A stretch of 64,000 bases of DNA from an uncultured Gemmatimonadales bacterium (GTDB lineage: Bacteria; Gemmatimonadota; Gemmatimonadetes; Palauibacterales; Palauibacteraceae): contig CAWANJ010000009.1 in NCBI GenBank assembly GCA_963783385.1, forward strand, positions 768,001 through 832,000, read 5' to 3'. The notes under the pieces were generated by a model. The model saw only the letters and a list, made by a program, of their open reading frames with translations, did not search any database and had not been told where the DNA came from. The translations under genes were made by a program, and so were the position numbers. Position 1 is the first letter of the stretch. Each line of letters starts with the position of its first letter. Below are positions 57,504 to 64,000 of this stretch, in pieces.

Positions 57504-59224
57504 CCCTGCACCTTCACGGTGGTGACCAGGTCTCCCTCGGCATCCAGGACGTGCACCCCGCAGGCCATGCAGGGGTCGAAGGAGTGGATGGTCCGCAGGA
57601 TCTCGATGGGCTGGTCCGGTTTGACCAGCGGGTGGTTGTCCACCAGCGAGGCCTCGTAAGGCCCCTTCTGGCCCTTCGCGTCCCGCGGCGAGCAGTTCCA
57701 GGTGCTCGGCACCACGCACTGGTAGCGGGAGATCTGGCCGTTGTGGATCTCGACCCAGTGGCCCAGGGCGCCGCGCGCCGCGTCCAGGTACCCGTAGCCG
57801 CGCGCCGTGGCGGGCCACGTGGACGGATCCCACTTCTGGTCGTTGAAGGTGGCCACGTCGCCGTTCTTGATGCGGGACACGAGGTCCCCGTACCAGTCCT
57901 CCATCTTGCGGGCTATGAGGACAGTCTCGATCGCTCGAGCCGCCGTACGACCCAGGGTCGAGAACAGCGCCGAGGGGCCCACCTGGAGCTTGCCCAGGGC
58001 TTCTCCGACCAGGCCCTTCACGCCCTCGTGGCCGGCCGCGTACGCCACCAGCATCCGCGCCAGCGGGCCCACCTCCATGGGCTTCCCGTCGTAGCGCGGG
58101 GCCTTCATCCAGGTGTACTTCTCCTGGTCCTGGATGAATGTCCAGGGGGGCTTGGGACCGGTGTAGTTGGGCACGGTCTGCCCTTCGTACGGATGGAGAC
58201 CCTCCTCCGGCGCGCCCTGGTACTCGTACCAGGAGTGCATGACCTCCTCGCGCACCTTGGCCTCGTCGTAGGGGACCACCTTCGTCAGGTCGTTGTCGAG
58301 GATGATCCCGCGCGGGAAGTAGAGGTGCTCGATGTCCCGGAAGTCGCTCCCCGCGGCCGGGAACATTCCCACCGCCAGGTAGTTGGGGACGCCGCCGCCG
58401 ATCGACGCCCAGTCCTTGTAGAAGCCGGCGATGGCCAGGAGGTCCGGCCAGTACACCTGCTCCACGAACACGCGGGCCTTGTCGATCAGCGCCTTGATGT
58501 CGCTCAGTCGCTCGGCGTTGATCGTCCCGGTGTCGTTCACGTTGATGGCCGACGCCATCCCGCCCACCAGGAAGTTGGGGTGCGGGTTCTTGCCGCCGAA
58601 GATCGTGTGCAGCCTGATCACGTCGCGCTGCCAGTCCAGCGCCTCCAGGTAGTGCGACACGGCGATCAGGTTCACCTCGGGCGGCAGCTTGTAGGCCGGG
58701 TGGCCCCAGTAGCCATTGGTGAAGATCCCGAGCTGCCCGGAGCTCACGAACTTCTGGAGCTTCTCCTGGACGGCCTTGAAGTAGGCCCCCGAGTTGTTGG
58801 GCCACGGGGACAGGCTGCGGGCGATCTGCCCGGCCCTGTCGGGATCGGCCTTCAGCGCGCTCACCACGTCGACCCAGTCGAGCGCGTGCAGGTGGTAGAA
58901 GTGGATGACGTGGTCCTGCACGGTCTGCATGCCGTGCACGAGGTTGCGGATGATCGTGGCGTTGGGCGGGATCGTGATGTCGAGCGCGTCCTCGACGGCC
59001 CGGCACGACGCGATGGCGTGCACCACGGTGCACACGCCGCAGATCCGCTGGGTGAAGGCCCAGGCATCGCGCGGATCGCGCCCGTTCATGATGATCTCGA
59101 TCCCGCGGAACTGCGTGGAGGATGCCCACGCGTCCGCGATCTTGCCGTTCTCGGCCTGCACCTCGATGCGCAGGTGGCCCTCGATCCGCGTGATCGGGTC
59201 GACGACGACCTTAGTCCTGGCCAT
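57500..59224 (-). CDS. Group 1 [NiFe]-hydrogenase large subunit
   Basis: DPITRIEGH, L1 QRICGVCTVVH, GGKNPHPN, L2 SFDPCMACGVH plus cleavable C-terminal tail. Confidence 0.97.
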   Translation of the reverse strand: MARTKVVVDPITRIEGHLRIEVQAENGKIADAWASSTQFRGIEIIMNGRDPRDAWAFTQRICGVCTVVHAIASCRAVEDALDITIPPNATIIRNLVHGMQTVQDHVIHFYHLHALDWVDVVSALKADPDRAGQIARSLSPWPNNSGAYFKAVQEKLQKFVSSGQLGIFTNGYWGHPAYKLPPEVNLIAVSHYLEALDWQRDVIRLHTIFGGKNPHPNFLVGGMASAINVNDTGTINAERLSDIKALIDKARVFVEQVYWPDLLAIAGFYKDWASIGGGVPNYLAVGMFPAAGSDFRDIEHLYFPRGIILDNDLTKVVPYDEAKVREEVMHSWYEYQGAPEEGLHPYEGQTVPNYTGPKPPWTFIQDQEKYTWMKAPRYDGKPMEVGPLARMLVAYAAGHEGVKGLVGEALGKLQVGPSALFSTLGRTAARAIETVLIARKMEDWYGDLVSRIKNGDVATFNDQKWDPSTWPATARGYGYLDAARGALGHWVEIHNGQISRYQCVVPSTWNCSPRDAKGQKGPYEASLVDNHPLVKPDQPIEILRTIHSFDPCMACGVHVLDAEGDLVTTVKVQG

Positions 59225-60383
59225 GACGATCCTCCTCGTGGCTGGCAGAACCGCCGTCCGGCTCGCCGCCGCCCGAACCCGACGCGCCCTCCGTCCGATG
59301 CCGCATCCGGTTCACACCCGTAACGACCGCGTGCGCCGCCACGCCGGCCGTGGCCCCGACCGCGAGAGCGGCGCCGATCGTGTCGGCCGTGCTCTCGATG
59401 CCGAAGCCCGAGACCTTGGGCATCCGCTGGTAGAAGGGGGTCATGGTGTCCCAGAACATCCGCTCGGTGCAGCCCAGGCAGGGGTGCCCCGCCCCGATCG
59501 GCCAGCTCGTCTCGCCGTTCCACTGGAAGATCGGGCACGGTGAGAAGGTCGCCGGTCCCTTGCAGCCTACCTCGTACAGGCACCATGCCTTGCGCGCGGC
59601 CTCGTCGTCGAACGTCTTGACGAACTGGCCGGCGTCGAAGTTGGCGCGACGCGAGCACTGGTCGTGGATCCTGGCGCCGTAGGCGAACAGGGGCCGGTGG
59701 TCGTAGTCGACGTCCGGCAGCCGCCCGAAGGTCAGGTAGTGGACGACGGTGGCGGTGATCGTGTCGGCGATCGGTGGGCAGCCGGCGATGTTCACGACCG
59801 GCTTGTCCTTGACGATCTGGTCGACGCCCACCGCCCGGGTCGGGTTCGGGGCCGCGGCCTGTACGCTCCCGAAGTGCGCGCACGCCCCGACGGCCAGTAC
59901 GGCGGCGGCGCCGGCGGCGCCCTCCTCCAGGATGTCGCGCGCCGTGCGGCCGCCGATCATGGTGTAAATGCCGTCCTCGGCCAGGGGCACGGAGCCCGTC
60001 ACGATGAGCACGTACTCGCCGTGGTGGTCCTTCATCGCCTGCTGCAGCGCGCTCTCGGCCGCCGAGCCCGCCGCCGCCTGGAGGTTCTCCTGGTAGTCCA
60101 GGGAGATGAGGTCGAGGACGAGATCGCCGATCGTCGGATGGGACGTGCGGAGCGTGGACTCGGTGCACCCCGTGCACTCCTGCAGGGAGAGCCAGATCAC
60201 GCTCGGCCGCTGGAGCTGCTCCAGGGCCCTGGCGATCTTCGGCGTGAGCAGGCTGCTCAGGCCGAGCATGGCGCCCATCTCGCCGCAGAACTGGAGGAAG
60301 TCTCGGCGGCTGACGCCACGGCTGTGGAGATGCTCGCCGAGGGTCGCGCCGGGCTCCCAGGGATCGGTCAACGGAAAGTACAT
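59211..60383 (-). CDS. Group 1 [NiFe]-hydrogenase small subunit, Tat-exported with C-terminal TM anchor
   Basis: SRRDFLQFC, ECTGCTES, GAC, GCPP, HDQC..CLY..GCKGP, GHPCLGC. Confidence 0.97.
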   Translation of the reverse strand: MYFPLTDPWEPGATLGEHLHSRGVSRRDFLQFCGEMGAMLGLSSLLTPKIARALEQLQRPSVIWLSLQECTGCTESTLRTSHPTIGDLVLDLISLDYQENLQAAAGSAAESALQQAMKDHHGEYVLIVTGSVPLAEDGIYTMIGGRTARDILEEGAAGAAAVLAVGACAHFGSVQAAAPNPTRAVGVDQIVKDKPVVNIAGCPPIADTITATVVHYLTFGRLPDVDYDHRPLFAYGARIHDQCSRRANFDAGQFVKTFDDEAARKAWCLYEVGCKGPATFSPCPIFQWNGETSWPIGAGHPCLGCTERMFWDTMTPFYQRMPKVSGFGIESTADTIGAALAVGATAGVAAHAVVTGVNRMRHRTEGASGSGGGEPDGGSASHEEDRHGQD

Positions 60384-60755
60384 CGACCACCTCCCGGATC
60401 GTGAGCAGCCGCCGCGCCCGCTCGATCCGTCACGGATCGTGGACTCGGTCGGCTCGGAAGTACGGGCCGGTCGCGCACGCCGGCCCGCTTGTCGGGCTTG
60501 CTCATCATGCTACTCGGCCGCCAGGGAGCCGTCTGTCGGGAGGAGCGTGGCCCTTCCTGTAAGTGAGGCGTGCGCAGCCGTGTGGGGAGATCCCCCACCG
60601 CGGGCCGGACCGCCGGGCGGCGGGATGTCACCACACGCCAGAGCGTGCAACTCCCGACAGACGGCCGGTCTGGCCCTGCGTATTGGTTCAGGTGCCGCGA
60701 GCCGCCCCCGGCTCGCGGCGAGCCTTCCGTGCCGTGCCCCAGCCGAGGACGGACC

Positions 60756-61136
60756 GTGAGCGCACTCGAAGTGTCCGGCGATGCCACGTCCGTAAGGGAG
60801 ACTCCGCCCGCGGGAGCCCTGCAGCGCCTGCTGGAGGTCGAGCAGGAGGCGGAGGAGGCCCTCGTCCGGGCTCAGACCCAGGCGCGGGAGCTGGTGGCAG
60901 CGGCACGCGAACGAGCGCTCGCCTCGGAGGAGGAGGCGCGCCACGACGTGGCTCGCGCCGGCCAGCGGATCGAGCGGGAGATCCACGCCTGGCGTGACGA
61001 GCGACTGGCGGCCCTGCAGGCCCAATCGGAGGGCGCGGCGCGCGCCTACGAAGAGGCCGCCTCCGCGCGTATCGGAGAGCTCGCGCGCGTCGTGGTCGAC
61101 GAGATCCTCGCCTTCGACGAGGCCGGCCGGCCATGA
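60756..61136 (+). CDS. V/A-type ATPase peripheral stalk subunit G/H
   Basis: Coiled-coil, Glu/Ala/Arg-rich; first gene before subunit I; ATGA overlap. Confidence 0.7.
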   Translation: MSALEVSGDATSVRETPPAGALQRLLEVEQEAEEALVRAQTQARELVAAARERALASEEEARHDVARAGQRIEREIHAWRDERLAALQAQSEGAARAYEEAASARIGELARVVVDEILAFDEAGRP

Positions 61137-63046
61137 TCGTCTCCATGACGCGGGTGCGGATCCTGGGACCGCGCGAGCGTCTCGAGGCCGTACTCGGGGA
61201 GCTGCAGGACATGGAGGTCCTGCACGTGGCCCCGCCGGTGACCCTGACCCCTCCCGGGGGCGCCCCTTCCGCGGAAGTGCCGGAGGCGGAGCGGAGCGTG
61301 GCCGCCACCCGGAAGCGCATCGAGGCGATCGGCTGGCTCCTGGAGCGGCTTCCCACCACGGACGGCCGCGGCCGAGCCCGCGGCGGCCTGCCCGACCGGG
61401 AGGAGGTGCTCGACGACCTCCTCTCCCGCCTCCACCGCGTGGTCGCGGCGCTCGGCCAGCAGCAGGAGGGACGGAGCCGCGAGCGCGCCCGGATGGCGCG
61501 CATGCGGGAGCTGCTCGAGACGTTCCGCGGTCTGGACACGCTGCGCGGCCGCTCCGGGGCGACCCACCCCTACTTCCTGATCGTCGAGACCCCGGACGGG
61601 AGCGCCGTGCAGGAGCTCCGGGAGGGGCTGGCCCGGCTCCTGGACGGCGGCTTCGAGCTGCTCGAGGGACCGCCGAGCGACGGCGAGACGCCGGCCGTGC
61701 TCCTGGTGCCCGGTGATCGCACCGAGGAGGTGGAGCGACTCCTGGCGGGCGCCGGGATCCAGGAGCTGCCGCTCACCGCCGGCGGAGCGGATGCGACGAG
61801 CTCCCCGGACGAACGGCTCGAAGCCCTCGACGCGCGCCTCGTCACGCTCAGGCGTCGCCTCCACCGGCTGGGACGCCGATACCGCGCCCCCCTGGAAGAC
61901 TGCCTGCAGGCCGAGCACGACCGCCTCCTCGCCCTGGAAACCCGAGCCGGCGCCGCCACCAGCCGGCACGCGTTCGTGCTGCAGGGCTTCGTGCCCGAGG
62001 ACGCCGTGCGCAGGCTCGAGAGTCGTCTCCACGAGCGCGTCGGGCCCACCGTCGTGGTGGAGCGCCAGGGCCGGGAGGAATGGCAGGGGGAGCTGGCGCC
62101 CGTCGTCCTCCACAATCCACGGCTCTTCCGGCCCTTCGAGGCCATCACGCGCACCCTGCCCCTGCCCCGCTACGGCAGCATCGACCCGACGCCCTTCGTG
62201 GCCGTGTTCTTCCCGATGTTCTTCGGCGTCATCGTGGGCGACGTGGCCTACGGGGCCGCCATCGCCGCTCTGGCCCTGCTCCTGCGCCGCAGCTCGGCGC
62301 CGGACAGCCTGCGGCGTAGCATCGCCGAGATCGCCGGGGCGTGCGCCGCGTTCACGATCGTGTTCGGCTTCCTGTATGGCGAGTTCGCGGGCGACCTGGG
62401 TCGACGCCTGTTCGGCCTCCACCCCCTCCTCCTGGACCGGGAGGAGGCCCTGGTGCCCTTCCTGGCGCTCGCCATCGCGCTGGGTTTCGTGCAGGTCGTG
62501 CTCGGCCTGTTCCTGGGAGCCATCTCCTCCTTCCGGGGTCACCGCCGGGAGTCGCTCGGCCGCGGCCTCTCGGCCCTCATGCTCATCCTGGTGGCCCTGG
62601 CGCTGCTGGCCGCCGTGGAGGTCCTCCCGCACGGCTTCTTCACCCCGGCGATCGTGGCGCTCCTGGTGGCCTTTCCGGTCCTCGTGATCCTGGAGGGGTT
62701 CCTGGCTCCCATCGAGCTCCTGTCGACGCTGGGCAACATCCTTTCCTACGCTCGTATCATGGCCGTCGGGACGGCATCGGTGATGATGGCCGTGGTGGCC
62801 AACCGCCTGGCGGGCGCGGTGGGAGGTGTGCTCGTGGGCGTCCTGTTCGGCCTCATCTTCCACGTGGTGAACTTCGGGCTGGCGCTGTTCGGCCCCACCA
62901 TCCACGGCCTGCGGCTCCACTACGTCGAGTTCTTCGGCAAGTTCTTCAGCCCGGGCGGAACCCAGTACCGGCCCTTCGGGCACTGGCGACCGGAGCCCGG
63001 CCCTCCATCCAACCCCAGCGCGGCGAACGCCGCGAGGAGTGATTGA
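61133..63046 (+). CDS. ntpI: V/A-type ATP synthase subunit I (a)
   Basis: LQGFVP, PRYGSIDPTP, FFGVIVGD.AYG, GNILSYARI, HGLRLHYVEFFGKF. Confidence 0.95.
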   Translation: MIVSMTRVRILGPRERLEAVLGELQDMEVLHVAPPVTLTPPGGAPSAEVPEAERSVAATRKRIEAIGWLLERLPTTDGRGRARGGLPDREEVLDDLLSRLHRVVAALGQQQEGRSRERARMARMRELLETFRGLDTLRGRSGATHPYFLIVETPDGSAVQELREGLARLLDGGFELLEGPPSDGETPAVLLVPGDRTEEVERLLAGAGIQELPLTAGGADATSSPDERLEALDARLVTLRRRLHRLGRRYRAPLEDCLQAEHDRLLALETRAGAATSRHAFVLQGFVPEDAVRRLESRLHERVGPTVVVERQGREEWQGELAPVVLHNPRLFRPFEAITRTLPLPRYGSIDPTPFVAVFFPMFFGVIVGDVAYGAAIAALALLLRRSSAPDSLRRSIAEIAGACAAFTIVFGFLYGEFAGDLGRRLFGLHPLLLDREEALVPFLALAIALGFVQVVLGLFLGAISSFRGHRRESLGRGLSALMLILVALALLAAVEVLPHGFFTPAIVALLVAFPVLVILEGFLAPIELLSTLGNILSYARIMAVGTASVMMAVVANRLAGAVGGVLVGVLFGLIFHVVNFGLALFGPTIHGLRLHYVEFFGKFFSPGGTQYRPFGHWRPEPGPPSNPSAANAARSD

Positions 63047-63050
63047 GTCG

Positions 63051-63272
63051 ATGGACATGTTCTGGCTCACCCTGAGCGCCGCCCTGGCGATCGCCGTCCC
63101 TGCGCTGGCCACGGCCTGGGCCCAGTCCCGGATCGGGTCCTCGGCCGCCGCCACGCTGGCCGAGAAGCCCGAGCTGAGCACCACCGTGATCCTCATGATC
63201 GCCATCCCCGAGACGATGGTGATCCTCGGCTTCGTGGTCGCCCTCATGATCCTCCTCCAGGGCGGCGCCTGA
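63051..63272 (+). CDS. ntpK: V/A-type ATP synthase subunit K (c), single hairpin
   Basis: AQSRIGS..AEKPE..AIPETMVILGF with the ion-binding Glu. Confidence 0.93.
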   Translation: MDMFWLTLSAALAIAVPALATAWAQSRIGSSAAATLAEKPELSTTVILMIAIPETMVILGFVVALMILLQGGA

Positions 63273-63282
63273 GGCCGCGGAC

Positions 63283-63927
63283 ATGAGCCTGGACGCCCTG
63301 CTGGACGCCGTCGAGCGTCGCGGCCGCCAGGAGGTCGAGCGCGTGCTCGATCAGGCCAGGGTCGAGGCGGCCGCCCTCGAGCGTGCCGCCGAGTCTCGCG
63401 TCATGGAGCGCCGCGCGGCCGCCCTCCGCGAGCTCGAGGCGCGCGTCCGAGGGGAAGCGGAGGCCCGGCTGGCCGCGGCTCGCCGGGAGGCCAGAGCCCG
63501 GGTGCTGCGCTCGCGCGAGCGGCTGCTGGAGGCCGTGTTCGAGGCGGTGGTGCGGGAGCTGCCCGACGCCGCCGCGTCCGAGCGGTACCGGAGCGCGCTT
63601 CCCGATCTCCTGGTCGAAGCCCAGCGCTGCGTGGACGCGCGCGGGGCCACGCTCGAGTGCGCCGCGCCGCTGCGCGAGGAGGTGCGGGAGATCCTGGACG
63701 CTCCGGCCGACGGCGGCGCGGGTCCGCGGGATATCGTGGTCCGGCCGTGTCCGGAGGCGGCCACGGGCATCCGGCTCGTGTCGGCGGACGGTCGAGTCGT
63801 CGTGGATGCCACGCTGACCGCCCGTCTGGGGCGGCTCCGGCCGCGACTCGCCATCATCGTGCTTGCCGCTCTCGGTCCCGGGGCCATGGCCTCCGTGACC
63901 CCGTCCGGAACGGGAGACCGACCGTGA
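63283..63927 (+). CDS. ntpE: V/A-type ATP synthase subunit E
   Basis: MSLDALL.. coiled coil, G..L.SADGRVVVDATL.ARL. Confidence 0.85.
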   Translation: MSLDALLDAVERRGRQEVERVLDQARVEAAALERAAESRVMERRAAALRELEARVRGEAEARLAAARREARARVLRSRERLLEAVFEAVVRELPDAAASERYRSALPDLLVEAQRCVDARGATLECAAPLREEVREILDAPADGGAGPRDIVVRPCPEAATGIRLVSADGRVVVDATLTARLGRLRPRLAIIVLAALGPGAMASVTPSGTGDRP

Positions 63928-64000
63928 GCGGGTGGTGGGGCGACGTGAACGCCCGGGCTCGGGGACTGGGCACCGGCCTTCCCTCCGCCGCCGACCTGAC
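63924..64000 (+). CDS. V/A-type ATP synthase subunit C (d/AC39), N-terminus truncated by window edge
   Basis: GTGA overlap; WGDVNARARGL resembles the subunit C NARVRG motif; operon order I-K-E-C. Confidence 0.6.
   Translation, partial: MSGWWGDVNARARGLGTGLPSAADL

Noticed and set aside
57500-59224. Selenocysteine ([NiFeSe]) hydrogenase
   Set aside because: The L2 motif has Cys codons (DPCMAC) and there is no in-frame TGA.
60384-60755. Sigma54 (-24/-12) promoter for the hydrogenase operon
   Set aside because: The TGGC-containing candidates lack a correctly spaced TTGC element.
63051-63272. Q...ET motif in the c subunit suggesting Na+ coupling
   Set aside because: Similar Q and PET residues occur in the proton-coupled Thermus c subunit, so ion specificity cannot be called from this alone.
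1-64000. CRISPR arrays, tRNA/rRNA, transposases, integrases, prophage or defence genes
   Set aside because: No repeat-spacer periodicity, RNA gene signatures or corresponding protein motifs were recognised by eye.

Overview
Very GC-rich bacterial chromosomal segment. The gene repertoire (TonB receptors, LpoB cluster, Omp85-type protein, GWxTD-like and DUF4384-like proteins) points to a diderm, probably Gemmatimonadota (inference). In order, it holds: the end of a TonB-dependent receptor; a NRAMP-like transporter/hydantoinase-oxoprolinase A/B/TlpA operon; a cobalamin riboswitch ahead of btuC-btuD-btuB; hemE-hemH with convergent hemY/MFS/SPFH; mprF; an lpoB-TPR-COG3014-AsmA-like operon; SDR, AAA ATPase, ppa and several peptidases; a USP/GNAT pair; a tandem-YjbQ gene and a PLP decarboxylase; a complete group-1 [NiFe]-hydrogenase operon (small, large, cytochrome b, protease, hypABFCDE); and, divergently, the start of a V/A-type ATPase operon. 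The most interesting signal is at the end of the hyp operon: a stand-alone formyltransferase gene coupled to a stand-alone crotonase-fold gene. Together they reproduce the two domains and the key residues of the CO-generating maturase HypX, making them a candidate split (two-gene) HypX. The same operon has a HypA lacking its zinc domain and a heavily remodelled HypF lacking its acylphosphatase domain. Five single-base frameshifts, mostly in G/C runs, look like long-read errors. No rRNA, tRNA, CRISPR array or IS element was recognised.
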